NCBI GenBank assembly: GCA_051942205.1
Contig: JAVECO010000047.1
Span: 1-64,000 of the forward strand
Length of the DNA stretch: 64,000 nucleotides
Direction of reading: 5' to 3'
Source of the DNA: Coniocarpon cinnabarinum
Lineage: Eukaryota
The position numbers and the translations under genes are program-made. Below the pieces are notes generated by a model that made no database searches, was not told where the DNA came from, and was given only the letters and a program-made list of their open reading frames with translations. Positions within the stretch are counted from its first letter, which is position 1. Each line of letters opens with the position of its first letter. Below are positions 1 to 11,885 of this stretch, piece after piece.

Positions 1-628
1 CTACCTCCAAGCCTGCACAACGCCCCACCGCACCGCCCTCCTCCAGACAAACCGCCTCATCCACTCCGAAGCCCACCACCTCCTCTACACCCTCAACACC
101 TTCGAAGCCCATCCCACCCTCTTAACCAGCGCGGCGTCCGGCCCTCCACGCTACATCCCCATCTTTGATCCCACCCGCCTGAAGCTCATCAAGCGCTGGC
201 ATATCAATGTCAGACTTGATATCGATCCCCGCTTTACGGAGGAGCAGGTTACGCATGCTTTTACGGGTGTTGAGGAGTTGACGGTGGAGACTTCGGAGGC
301 GATGTTTAGGAGTAGTGGGGTGGGTGTTTTGATGCTTTTTCGGAGTATCAGAGGGGTGGGCCGGGTTTGTGTGAGGGGTGCGGCGCATGAGGAAACGAGG
401 AGGGGGTTGGAGGATTTGATGAGGCGGCCGGTTGGGTGGATGGAGGGAAAAGAGGGGAAGGGTGGGAGTGGGGAGGATGTGGAGGAGGATGGTGAGCATG
501 GGGAGGGCGTGGAGAAGGATCGAGGGATCGAGGAGGAGATGCAAGAGCAGAAGAGGCGGATGGAGTGGAGTATAAGAGGCAATGATTGGGAAGGAAGGAG
601 GTGGAATCCTTGGGATGGGAATAGATGA
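1..628 (+). CDS. 5'-truncated conserved fungal hypothetical protein (family often carrying an N-terminal F-box-like motif)
   Basis: Frame 2 is open from the window edge to TAG at 626-628: ...TALLQTNRLIHSEAHHLLYTLNTF...IKRWHINVRLD...FRSIRGVGRVCVRG. The 'LL.tnr.i..Ea..lLY..N.F' pattern is typical of these fungal proteins. Confidence 0.65.
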   Translation, partial: YLQACTTPHRTALLQTNRLIHSEAHHLLYTLNTFEAHPTLLTSAASGPPRYIPIFDPTRLKLIKRWHINVRLDIDPRFTEEQVTHAFTGVEELTVETSEAMFRSSGVGVLMLFRSIRGVGRVCVRGAAHEETRRGLEDLMRRPVGWMEGKEGKGGSGEDVEEDGEHGEGVEKDRGIEEEMQEQKRRMEWSIRGNDWEGRRWNPWDGNR

Positions 629-1184
629 GGCGACATTGAGGGAAGTAAATAAAGTGGTACGTTCCCAGACACCGGCTGCTACTAGAGACAGACAGCGGCA
701 AAGGGCTAGCACATATGGCAGCGTGCAAATATCCAATTCAAGCGTCGAGCAGTAGACATCGTCCCGTTCTGAAGATGGGTAAGGCCATCTCCTGCTCGCC
801 TAGCACGTTCCCACGATGCAGCAGCTCACCGGCTCAAATATCGGCCTCATGTTCAAGTTCATGTAGAAAGATAGGCCTACGTGTGTTGATAGCATATGGT
901 GCGCGCTGCATTCCGGTATCACGTTGAGAGCGTGATCATACTCATGTTCGTTCTAGTAGTCTCGTGGATCCCTACTTACCACAACGCAGTTGCATCATGG
1001 TCTCTACACATGTTTTTGAAGAGAGAGTAGGAACCCGAGGAATTTGCATCTTGCATGCTCCATGACAGCCGAACTGGCAAAGCCATTGGGCCTCAATAAT
1101 CTATTCATCACTCGACACAATAACCACAAGCGCAAGCCCCAATCATCGCTCAAGTCTTCGATGTTCACACTCAAGCCGCTACGC

Positions 1185-3875
1185 TCACGCCAAATAAGCG
1201 TACTTCCCGTTCTCAATCCTCTCCATATACTCCTTATCAATCAACTTGTCAATGTTCCTCTTGATATCACCAGGCTGCAACACGCCCCGCGTCTTCGTCG
1301 CCTTGATCGTCTCTGCAATCAACTCCTGATGCCCGATGGTCTTGCGAGTCTTCATGATGCGTACTATCGCAGCTTGCGTCTCGTACTGCCGATCCGCAGC
1401 GACCCGCTCATGCGTCTCTTTGTTCTCTTCTTGCGTTTCCTTGAGTTGAATGGCGTTGATTTTGACGCGAAAGCGCTCGTGCGAGAAGTCGAGATTCACT
1501 GTGAAGGTGTCGGACTCATTCACATCGCGGCCTTTGGGATGTTTGGTGAGGGGTCGGAGTTTAGCGCACGCCAGGGATTGCAAAGTTCGTTGGACTTCAA
1601 CGTCAGAGAGACCGGACTCGGCTTTGATGCGTGAGTAGGGGAGTTGATCGCCTGGTGCAGCGTTGTTGAAAAGGAGCAGCACGATGGCTTGAAAGGAGGA
1701 AACCACGATTTCTTTGTTGCCCTTTGGGAAATGGGCACGGAGCTGGCAGTGCGCGAGCGCGTGTTTCCACGAGAGTTTGCGTCCCGTATGCTTGAGGTGG
1801 TAGTAGCGCTCGAAGTCTTCGATGGCGCCTTTGATCTCGGGTGGAATAACGACGGGAATGTCGGGGTAGGTGGGCCATGCGGCTGCACTGAGGATGTTGA
1901 CATTGAGGTCGACTGGGGGCTTGCGCTCGTTGGCAAGGAGCTTGTCTTTGTATCCGGCCATTTCACCGCGAGCGAGCTCGACATCTCGAAACATTTGCTC
2001 AAGGTTGTGCGTGAAATTCGAGCCGCACTCGGCTTGGAGGCGGTTGAGCATGGATTTTTCAGCATCATTCGAGGCAGATCGACCCATGAGCAGACGTCGA
2101 GCAAGATCTTTCTTGTAAAACGCCTCGAAGACAGCCTTGCCGTGGACGAAGCGGAACAGATCTAAGACTTGGTCGAGCTGGTTGTCGACCTCGGCATCTT
2201 CGTCGTTCGCGGGAGCAGGCTGCTCAGCGGGCTCTGCGGCTTCAGCCATCTCGACGTCGTCATTCGCGTCGAGCTTGGTGAGACCTGAGCTTTTGGTTGC
2301 CGAGTTTAGGTGACGAGGAATCGCCTTGGCGCCACTTCGTAGCAGTTGATCGACGTATTTCGCAATCATCTCGCCTGGCTTGGAGTTATCCGTGTTCCAT
2401 GTCGCACTGCTCTTCTTGCTCTTGTTGATGAATGCTTCAAAACTTTCACGGACAGTGTGCGAGAGGTCGCGGTCCTTTTGGAATGCTGAGCGCCACACTT
2501 TGTCAAGCTTGACTTTGAGCGAGAGCAGCTTGACCACCATGTCGTCTTGGCCTTTCTCGTCAAATACAATTGCCGTGCCCGTATCGTCAATCCATTGTGA
2601 GAAAGGCTGCTTCAGCTTGGTTTCTCGACGCCGCCGTTGAAGGAGATAGTACAAAGCTCTCAAATTGGTCAAGTCCTCTGCGTCAAGAAGATCTGCGACC
2701 GAGTCGCGATCTGTCAGGTCAGCCTCCTTTCGGTCGATGCAGTGATGCTCGAGTAGTTGCAACAGCTCCCGACGAGTAGTATCGTCCAAGTCGAACTCGT
2801 CGCAGCGTGCCATCTCAGACGCAATGAACTTGTTACAACTTGCAATGTATTCAGGCAAATCCTGGGCGTCACAGGTTCGATCTGCCCAGTCGGAAATATA
2901 CGACTGCGATGTCGCGAGGAAGCGAGGCTCGAACTCGTTTGTGTAGACGCCCAAAGCATGAAACATGTCCACAGCATCCTTGAAAAGCGCAGTGTCAGGT
3001 GTTTCCTGGTTGCGGTCGGCTAGAACCAATTCGCATGCGCCCTCAACGGCTTTGCCAGCAATGGCAGAGACCCCGAAGACTTGTGATCGGAAGATTTTGA
3101 TGGACGAATCCTCAAGGGATGTCTTTGAATCTTGTAGAAGATACGTCCGGTCCAGATAGAACAGGATCGATTGAACGGATCGCTATGAGGCACAATTAGC
3201 TGTCTGCCCATTTTGAAGGCATGCCTTACTAACCGATTGTCTATGCCAGACTCTCCATGCATCTCTAACGCCCCGCAAGATTTCAATGTTCTTTCCGTCA
3301 GCCTTCGCAGCAAGCACAGGCTTGACAGCGCTGCTGATGTGGTCCTTGCATCTCCTGTGCACCATCTTCGCAAGATCAGCTGCGTGTCCCAGCTTGCACA
3401 CATTTTCCGCGCCCTTGTAAAGCTCCTCATTACTACGCGCTGGTGGGTCGTCTCTGAAAATGGCAGTCAGAGCAGCATCGAGTTCATTTGTCGTGTCTGC
3501 AATATAGTCCGATGTCTTTGGCGCGCCTGCGGGTCTCAAATTTTTGACCACAAGTTTTTTCGTACCAAAGGTCTGTCCATTGTTATTCATGCCATTCATC
3601 GACCCCAAATTCGAGATTCGGCGGGCTTTCGGAGACACGCCATTCGGTGGATTGGTGGGGGCCCCGGACTTGTTAGGCCCAAAGCTGTACATGCTGTCGC
3701 TGGCAAGGGCTTGAGAATTTAGCATCGTTGTGTCGTTCTCGAGCTTACGTCTCTTGCTCCCAGGTGAAGTTGATACACGGGCTCTGTGGGAGTTCTTGCT
3801 TTCGTCAAAGTGCTGTTGAATGGTGGGCTGTTGTCGGGAGACTTGGCCGATTGATCTGCGCTTCGAACTTGCCAT
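1185..3875 (-). CDS. CUL4: Cullin-4 (CRL4 scaffold), 2 exons: 3875-3234, 3182-1185; 879 aa
   Basis: KKLVVKNL N-terminus, SILFYLDRTYLL, GKAVFEAFYKKDLARRLL, neddylation helix AAIVRIMKTRK, C-terminal YAYLA. A 51-nt GTTAGT..CTAAT..TAG intron (3233-3183) joins the two ORFs in frame. Confidence 0.93.
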
Positions 3876-4303
3876 GAAAATCACGTATGCGAAAGTGCGC
3901 AAGCAGTAGCTCTCGGAGGCTAGGAATATCTGCAGCACCAGCCTGTAGCCTTTCACCGGCGTTTGCTGTAAGATGCGGCGATCAATGATGTCAGCACACT
4001 ATCCCCTCGGCAGGGTTACCGATGCATTCACGAAGTGCTTTATGTCTGCAGTGCTTCGTCTCGCCGTCTTCGTGTTGTCTATGGCGTGACTTTGAATTAA
4101 ACCAGCCCTCATTCAAGGCATTAATGGCCGAGCATGCATCAAAATTTAGCAACCATCACATCGATTTTGCATGCCATGGGTCTGGTATGTCAGAGCGTTA
4201 TACATCACGGAGCTATTATCATAAGCTGTACTCCAGCAGTCGAACTAATGGTATCATTTCTATGCCCAAACCGCAAACGCCGGCCTGTCATCCTTCAGAA
4301 GGT

Positions 4304-7135
4304 CTAGAACAGGCTCCAACTTCGTCGTGTGCTACGCTGCTGACTTTGGCCATCGCGACTCCTTCGCTCACGCCCTTCAATAAGCCGTAGACTTTCTGTC
4401 TCTTTCAAAACCAGCTCGAGGAGCTCTTTCCGTTTGACCACATCTAAGTGCCGTCTGATCTTTGGATCCTCTCGGGCGAAGCGTTCAATGTCTGCCGGCG
4501 ATAAATTGCGACCGAGCCGAGCATCGAGCTCACGTGGGAAAAGGTAGTAGAACTTTGCTAAAAGCTCGGCGTCCAGAAAGAAATCTGCCGTGTTGGTGAG
4601 GCGATCGGCAACTGCGTCTAGAAAAACCTCTGGACACTGAGGAATATTCTTCTTGTTACCGCACTGTTTGGATTTGACCGCCTTGATACGCATTCTGATG
4701 ATATCCGCCCGGTCTCGCAGAAAAACTGCTTCTCGTCCTGGCAACTCGTCAGTCACTTGGAACTCAAAATGGCCGCATAGAGACTCACCTTTCCGAAGCA
4801 AAGCGGCACTAAAGCCTCCAGCGCCACCCGCGCCGTCCCCTTCCAGGACGACATCACCATTTCTAGCTCGGTCGATGAAGCCGATCACGTCTTTGAGTCG
4901 AGACTTGCCTCCAACTTCACGCTCTACTCCCACAAAAGCATCCTCGCATGTTTTGAGTTCCTCTTTTAGAACATTGCCAACATTGCTGCGACCACGCGCC
5001 CAATCAGAGTCATCGATGTCTGTTCGGTACTTGTACGGTTTGATACAAATCTCGAGCTCGTCTGCCGTGTCGTACGATAGATCTCTGAGGATATCAGAGC
5101 ACGATTCGGTGATGGCTTGCTTTGCGAAGGGATGTACTGAGAACGAGGATTGCTGAATAAGATCCTCAACTCGAGACTGCAGTGACGATGCGACGACGCC
5201 AGCAGCCAACCTGCCGATGCCAAGTTTAGTTAGAGCGGAGCGTGATGCCTCCAACTTATGCTGCCAGATCGAATCTTCGATAGATGCCTTTGGCAATTCA
5301 TTTAGAAGCTCAATGTCGGCTGAACCATTTGCAAGATCTGGCTCTGGCTTGTTCCAGTATCGCTGAGCCAGAAGGTTAAGCACCTGCTGGTCTAGCTCGT
5401 GCTTGAGCAACCTCCGAACTTCATCTCGACCAAATTGCTCACTGAAACTTTTGAACGAATGTTTGAACGTGTCTAAGCTCTCCGCCAAGTATGACTCTGC
5501 GCTAAGCGGACGTTCGTTATACTGCACTTTGTATTCATAGTTTGCCTCAGCCAACTCATTGTGAATAGCGCTTGTGGTTCCAACAAGACTTGCTGACATG
5601 CTCTGCTCAAGCACGCGCATCAACTTCTTACGTAGGTTTGAGGTGCCAACATTAGTTTCCGAATCGGGGCCAAATTCCTTGTGAGTAGAGAAAAAAGCAT
5701 TTTCGTTTTTGATGATAGCGTTGATGATATCAGCGTTGCCACGGTGGAACAATCCGGCTGCTTGTGGGACTTTAGAGACGACCCCCACGTAGCCAAGCCG
5801 CAGGGGATACTTGCGATCCGTCAGTAAATCATGACCTCGTCCCGGGTCCACAAGATCCATTTTGGTTATCACACCAATCGTGCGCTCTCCACGCGGATCA
5901 GCTCGTCGACTTGCTCTCAGGGACGTGGAATTGGCAAGATCAACGTCTGCTGCAGATACTGCGAGAATAATGTTCGGGGCTTTGATGTATTTGTCGCACA
6001 ATTCTGATATCCTGGTTTTGAGTTCTGTCGGCTGATCAAACCCAGAGACCTGTATGTAGCCTGGAAGATCTATCATTGAGAGATCAGGAACTCTAGGAGA
6101 GTAGATCCGTAATTGAATGGGATCATCTGAGACGCAGTCCTTTTCAGGGACGGCCAGGTTCAAATCCCTTAATGTCTTCTGAACCTGTGAAAAATCGGTG
6201 ATTTTACCCAAACCCAGGGCCGGGAACTCTCCGTACTCAGCATGAGCGTCGGGCGTGTTCACCAGCGTGAGCTCGATGGGGCGCCGTGTCACCATGTTCG
6301 AGCCTTTCGGCAAGAACTCATGACCCACAATTGCTTCCAAGACGGAGCTTTTGCCTGACGACTGCGAGCCAACGACGACGATAGATGGGAGTGTGAGAGC
6401 ACTGCCTTGCCCCACTTGTTGAAGCAGACCCCTTATTTCGATCATCTTCTTTGTCAGGACCATCATTTGGTCATCTTGCGCAGCAGTAACTTCCGATCGA
6501 TCATCCCCTAAACCGACGGTGGTACCGAGAGCTGCCGCCGTAGTTGCGCCAGCAGCAGCGCCACCACCACCACCACCACCCATGGAGCTCTCTTTGTGAT
6601 TTTTTGAGCCTCTGCCGCCTGGTCCGCTGGAGCCGGTCGAAGCCTCTTCGCCATTCATGATTCGCTGCATCCACTCAGACTCTCGAACGTCTAGTTTCGT
6701 TTTGTCCCAACCTCTTCTGGTTTGTTCAGCCGCATTGGAGAGCCCGTCAAAGCACTGACCAGCGAATGTTGAGGCGGCATTAGTGCCCTGATGGAAGATG
6801 TCGACGGCATATGCTCCGGCCTGGTTTGCTTGGTACTGGATATACGCGAGACCGGCAATGCCTGCCCCGCCAAACAAGGCCGGGAGACGAAGCAGCTTTA
6901 GAAAGAGAGACGGAATGTTGCGCACAATAGAAATTTGTCGCACAGCTGGCGCATTGTGTATCGCAGATGAGCCGAGCGGCCAGGATCGCTGCTTCAAGCC
7001 TGCTGCAAAAGAGTCGGTACGAAGCAGGCCAGCGCTCTTGGAGAGCGCATGATTGTGTGCAAGCCTCCTCTGGACGCAGCCTGGGGCTCTTCGAGCAATG
7101 GGCGCAAGGCCAGAAGTAAGAAGACGCCCGCTCAT
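4304..7135 (-). CDS. MGM1: Mitochondrial dynamin-related fusion GTPase Mgm1/Msp1; probable intron 4788-4738
   Basis: Arg-rich presequence, TM segment, G1 GSQSSGKSS, VTRRPIEL, DLPGY, TKMD. An in-frame GTGAGT..CTGAC..CAG intron lies near the 3' end. Confidence 0.93.
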   Translation of the reverse strand: MSGRLLTSGLAPIARRAPGCVQRRLAHNHALSKSAGLLRTDSFAAGLKQRSWPLGSSAIHNAPAVRQISIVRNIPSLFLKLLRLPALFGGAGIAGLAYIQYQANQAGAYAVDIFHQGTNAASTFAGQCFDGLSNAAEQTRRGWDKTKLDVRESEWMQRIMNGEEASTGSSGPGGRGSKNHKESSMGGGGGGGAAAGATTAAALGTTVGLGDDRSEVTAAQDDQMMVLTKKMIEIRGLLQQVGQGSALTLPSIVVVGSQSSGKSSVLEAIVGHEFLPKGSNMVTRRPIELTLVNTPDAHAEYGEFPALGLGKITDFSQVQKTLRDLNLAVPEKDCVSDDPIQLRIYSPRVPDLSMIDLPGYIQVSGFDQPTELKTRISELCDKYIKAPNIILAVSAADVDLANSTSLRASRRADPRGERTIGVITKMDLVDPGRGHDLLTDRKYPLRLGYVGVVSKVPQAAGLFHRGNADIINAIIKNENAFFSTHKEFGPDSETNVGTSNLRKKLMRVLEQSMSASLVGTTSAIHNELAEANYEYKVQYNERPLSAESYLAESLDTFKHSFKSFSEQFGRDEVRRLLKHELDQQVLNLLAQRYWNKPEPDLANGSADIELLNELPKASIEDSIWQHKLEASRSALTKLGIGRLAAGVVASSLQSRVEDLIQQSSFSVHPFAKQAITESCSDILRDLSYDTADELEICIKPYKYRTDIDDSDWARGRSNVGNVLKEELKTCEDAFVGVEREVGGKSRLKDVIGFIDRARNGDVVLEGDGAGGAGGFSAALLRKGESLCGHFEFQVTDELPGREAVFLRDRADIIRMRIKAVKSKQCGNKKNIPQCPEVFLDAVADRLTNTADFFLDAELLAKFYYLFPRELDARLGRNLSPADIERFAREDPKIRRHLDVVKRKELLELVLKETESLRLIEGRERRSRDGQSQQRSTRRSWSLF

Positions 7136-7396
7136 TGGGAAGAGCGCCGAGGTCTTCTTCGCATCAGGATGAGCGTGGAACGCGCAATGCTTCCCGAATC
7201 ATTGGTGAGGTGCATAGATGATATACTTTGCTTGGTGCATTCGTTGTCAAGGTGGACGTCTACAAACAAGTCCAACCTGAATATGAATATGAGGCAGTGA
7301 CGAAAGAGGCTGAAAAGGGCAGTGCACGATGGTCAACTACGCGTGACGCGCATCTAAAACTGCCAGCCCTTCACGAATCTCGGTTTCACTTAGAAG

Positions 7397-9164
7397 ATGG
7401 GCAAGGGTAGGTCGAGCAAACCTTATCAAGAGACCGAAGAGCAACTAATCGTTTGCTACCGCAGGTACTGATAAGTTGTATATCACCCATTCGGAATGGG
7501 CCAGCGCGGATGCCTTCTCAGCCAGCGCTGGTTCTGGTGTCACAAAATCCAAAGTCTCTGGTGCTAACTTCCGGAGGCTGCCTTTCAACTATTGCGCAGT
7601 ATCTCTGCAACCCTTTGAACACCCAGTATGCACCGCTGACGGTGTCATCTTTGACCTCACGAATATTCTGCCTTGGCTAAAAAAGCATGGGACAAGTCCT
7701 GTTGACGGCAGCCCGTTAAAGAGCAGCGAGCTCGTGAAGCTGAATTTTGCGAAAAACGAAGATGGCGAATACGTGGACCCAGTGACTTACAAGCCGTTTA
7801 CTGATAACACACACATTGTTGCACTTCGAAATACTGGAAACGTCTTTGCCCATGACACTGTCGATCGTTTAAACATCAAGGCGAAGAACTGGAAGGACTT
7901 GATCACCAATGACACATTCGCCCGCGCAGATATTACAACACTGCAAGATCCTCAAAACTTAGCTTCGAGAGATCTGAGCAAGTTCAAATACATTCAAGAT
8001 GGAGAGAGTACTCACACACCACAACAGGAAAGCGAGCGAAGTGATCCAAGCAACAATATCAATGCGGCTGCCATGGGAAGCTCCGCCAGAGTTATCAAGG
8101 CCAAAGAAGCTGTTGCCAGAGCGAGAGCGGACCGAGCCGCTGCAAAAGATAAGGCGATGACTGGGAGTGGAGAAGCCCGTGCTGATCGCGAAGGCGCGTC
8201 AGCTCTTAGAAACGAGTCAAGTACAACGGGCATCTCTAGGGCTGTCCCGATAAACGCGGCCTCTTACACCACGGGCAAAGCGGCCGCCTCACTCACAAGC
8301 ACCGGTGTTTCACTTCACACAGGCAATGAAAGAGCTCTCCTAAGTGATGAAGATTTCATGCTCAAGCCCAAGCGGGTAAAGAGCAAGGGTTATGCTCGCG
8401 TGCAAACGTCCCACGGTGATGTTAACCTCGAGCTGTACCCTGAGCATGCACCACGCGCTGTGTGGAATTTCACTCGACTGGCTAACAAAGGATACTATAA
8501 AGGTGTGAAATTCCATCGGAACATTCGTAATTTCATGATACAGGGCGGTGACCCTAGTGGCACTGGAAAAGGAGGCCAAAGCATCTGGGGCAAGCCTTTT
8601 GTGGATGAGTACGCGCAAAGCCCATTGTCTCATAATACTCGAGGCATCTTAAGTATGGCCAACAAAGGCAAAGATACAAACACCAGTCAATTTTTCATCA
8701 CGTACCGAAAAACTCCACATCTCGATCGGAAGCATACGATCTTCGGCAAATGCATCAATAATGATCCTGGCGGTGAAACAGACGAAACGCTGAAGAAGCT
8801 GGAAAACGTCGAGTCTGATGAGAGCAATCGTCCGATCGAAGAATGCGTCATCGAGGATGTTATTGTATTTGTCGACCCCTTCGAAGAATTTATCAAGAGT
8901 CGTAGTGGGAATGGCGCTCTGAATCACTTGAATGACCGAAACAATGATGACGAAACCACAACATGGAGCGGCAAGCGAGTTCATCAACACAGCCAGAAGC
9001 AGACGCCTGGCGCTACAGCCCTGGTGGGCAAGTACCTTGCGAGTAAGAGCTCAGAGCTTGCAGATGAAGCGGAATCGGGCGATCTTAATGATCATGGAGG
9101 TGACGAGCCGGCTGTAAAGAAGCGTAAAGTAGAGGGTGGCTTCGGAAATTTTGATGAGTGGTAA
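7397..9164 (+). CDS. PPIL2: U-box/cyclophilin peptidyl-prolyl isomerase-like 2 (Cyp60/PPIL2 family); exons 7397-7406, 7465-9164
   Basis: Spliced start MGKGTDKLYITHSEW, U-box-like LPFNYCAVSLQPF, cyclophilin motifs FHRNIRNFMIQGGDP, SMANKG, SQFFIT, HLDRKHTIFG, and a C-terminal FGNFDEW. Confidence 0.92.
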
Positions 9165-9453
9165 AGCAAACGTGTCGACCTTGCATACAGAGCAGCATGC
9201 CTTCGTGCAGCTGGTTTGCGCCGCTTAGGCGAGACGCTGTTCGCACAAAAGTTGATGGTCTACCTATGGGCATATGGCTCACACAGTGCAGCTAATGTGA
9301 ATACTTAACGCCGAAGGAGCTGGTCTTGCTAAAATAGTTTTGTGACTCAACAATCCACTCGCTGATACGATACGAAGACTCGCAACTTATTCCCGGAGTA
9401 GACATTCGAAAGCTTACGGCAACAAGTCCTTCCGACAGCATAGAGCGAAGATT

Positions 9454-10911
9454 ATGGACAGCCAAAGCCGACGCAAACGCATGGAAATGGTAGAAGAGGA
9501 GAAGAAGCTTCACAGTGACTGGAGTAAATATCGCGCAGAGTCCTCACATCGTGTTGGACTCTCCCATCGACGAGCGTCATCTCGTCATAGGAGCTCATCT
9601 CACGCAGGGCCATCCCACGGGCCATCTCGTCGTGCGAGTTCATCTCATGCAGGACCATCCCACACGCCATCCCGTCATGCGGATTCGTCTCAAGCAGGAG
9701 CCTCCCACGCGCCAAAGCCATCGAAAGTTGACAAAGCCGATGTCTCCAGCACAGCTTCTTTCAACCTTGATTCAGAGCGCGACGGTCATGGACATGAACC
9801 GTTTCTGCTTAAAGGAACCGAAGGCCAACAAACCAAAGGCCAACAAACGGTGTCAATAAAATTTCGATTTTGCGGTCAACGACAGACTCACGAGCTTCCG
9901 GCAGATATGACTTTCGGTGAAGTGGCACTCAAAATCGAGGACCAGCTTCATATTAAGCCATATCGATTGAAGCTAATATGCTGTGGCCGGTTACTCAATG
10001 TGCAAGCTAGACGTCAGGAACCTATCACGCAATATCATGGCAAAATGATAGTCATACTTGGCTCGACCAATTCTACAGTCGCGCTTGCTCGTCGAGCTCA
10101 GTATAACGCAGAAGCGACTGAGTACTACCTCAAGTGGCGCCGGTATACTTATCACCAGGCATGCTCGCGTCTTCAAGATGAGTACGCTTATCAGGTGAGC
10201 GTGCTCGACGCGATGCCTGCAATTACGTCGAATTCACCGCTGCGGCGATTCGGCTATCTCGTATCTCGACCCTACGAGAATTGCAGACAGGAGGTCGAGT
10301 CTCTATTTGGCTTCAATTGCGAGAGCTTTGTGTACGAGGATATGTTGGGCTCAGGCGGACTGATCATACCTGATCTAGACTGTGCTTGCCTGGACCCAAT
10401 CATCGTTGTGGGATGCAAATATCATATCGATGTCTTCTTGATCAGTTTTCTGGCCCTGGTTGAACTTCGAATGCAGCTGTGGCTGCAGCGCCTCAAACGC
10501 CACCGGTTTGAAGTCAATCCTGAGCGGCGACAGGCTCTGCGGAAGGAGCTTGATGAATGTAACCATCGCTATGCGAGACTTGCGAACGCCTGGAACGGAG
10601 AAGAAGTTGACCTGAGGGTGCTGTACGACGAATTACTTGATCTTGAGCGGCTTCTGCGTTTCGATGCAGACAACCGTTGCGACGCACAAACTGGAGTGCG
10701 CATGTTGAACGAAGGCCCCGATGAGGAGAATGTCTTCATTGACATGATCAACCTTCAAACAGCTTTGGAAATTTTACGAGGCGATTACGACAAACCGAAA
10801 GTCGAGAACCAGAGTATGACGAGGATCAAATTTCTGCGCTACGAACCTCCAACACCAACCCACCATGCTCATCATCATGGTCATCATCAGTCTGGTCGTC
10901 CACGTCGTTGA
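9454..10911 (+). CDS. Ubiquitin-like domain protein with a possible C-terminal BAG-like helical domain
   Basis: 485-aa ORF. UBL-like segment SIKFRF..THEL..TFGEV..LHIKPYRLKLICCGRLL; N-terminal SSHAGPSH repeats; helical C-terminus YDELLDLERLLRFDA; His-rich tail. Confidence 0.65.
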   Translation: MDSQSRRKRMEMVEEEKKLHSDWSKYRAESSHRVGLSHRRASSRHRSSSHAGPSHGPSRRASSSHAGPSHTPSRHADSSQAGASHAPKPSKVDKADVSSTASFNLDSERDGHGHEPFLLKGTEGQQTKGQQTVSIKFRFCGQRQTHELPADMTFGEVALKIEDQLHIKPYRLKLICCGRLLNVQARRQEPITQYHGKMIVILGSTNSTVALARRAQYNAEATEYYLKWRRYTYHQACSRLQDEYAYQVSVLDAMPAITSNSPLRRFGYLVSRPYENCRQEVESLFGFNCESFVYEDMLGSGGLIIPDLDCACLDPIIVVGCKYHIDVFLISFLALVELRMQLWLQRLKRHRFEVNPERRQALRKELDECNHRYARLANAWNGEEVDLRVLYDELLDLERLLRFDADNRCDAQTGVRMLNEGPDEENVFIDMINLQTALEILRGDYDKPKVENQSMTRIKFLRYEPPTPTHHAHHHGHHQSGRPRR

Positions 10912-11885
10912 GAGATCAGGTTGTCCTAATGAATAGCTACTGGAGAAGGGTAATGAACCGATGTAGTACGGCCACAGGCCAGTAGTAATGCCTCAGGGAA
11001 TCGAATGCTAAGTCCAAACAAAGGTATCAAAGATTGTGGCGCACAAGCTACAGCAGGAACACAATACCAAATGCTTGAATTTCCTGACCCCTACAAGATC
11101 CAAACTTGTGTTCTCATCAAAATTGCTTTAAGACTGTTGCTCGAATAGGCTGCTTGTATGATTTTGTCAAAGTTCCATGGATGTAGGACGCTTTTGGAAT
11201 CATTCTTCCCAACGAAAAGTCTTGTAAGCTAATTTTAAAACAGCCAATATTGTAGCTGATGTGTGTACCACTTATTGCTGTTATGCTGTCGCGTATCCAC
11301 AAGCGAGAACAACTGCGGTAGCTATGTCGTTAGCTTTCAAGGTAAGGCAGAAATTGTGGGCACATAATTTAGAGCTACATCAGAAAAGAATAGGAAAGAA
11401 GCTGTATTATGGATTTGAAGACCGGGATTAAAGTATGAGCCAGTTCTCGATGAAACCACTGACGTACATCAGCAAAGACAAGAACATCTTCGCGTTCCTA
11501 CGGGCGATCCAATGCTACTGATTGCCAGGAATTAGCCGAATCTAAGCGGGCATCGAGCCATTCACGCCGACTCGCATGGGTTGGTCCAGAAGATTGATCG
11601 TTGCGTTGCGTTCTCCTGTGACTTGAGCGTCTCACATGCCATTATTCGGGTATTCTCACCAAATATGGCTAGGTCAACATCCTTTTCAAAGACCAAACCT
11701 CTTCCTTGAAATCGTCTTTGCAGCAATCCTTTCGCAAACTGCACATTATTATTGTTATTACTATTATTTGAAACATCTCACTAACATATCTATCTTACAC
11801 CATCTCACGAAATTTGAAGATCAAGAAAGCGACACAGAACCCACAAGTGAGGAGCCCCCCCCGAGTTAATCCACAAGACGGCTAA

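Noticed and set aside
122..736. Three overlapping minus-strand ORFs
   Set aside because: Shadows of the G-rich plus-strand CDS; low-complexity translations.
10920..11880. AT-richer segment as a RIP-decayed gene
   Set aside because: No frame gives a recognisable protein; cannot be supported without a search.
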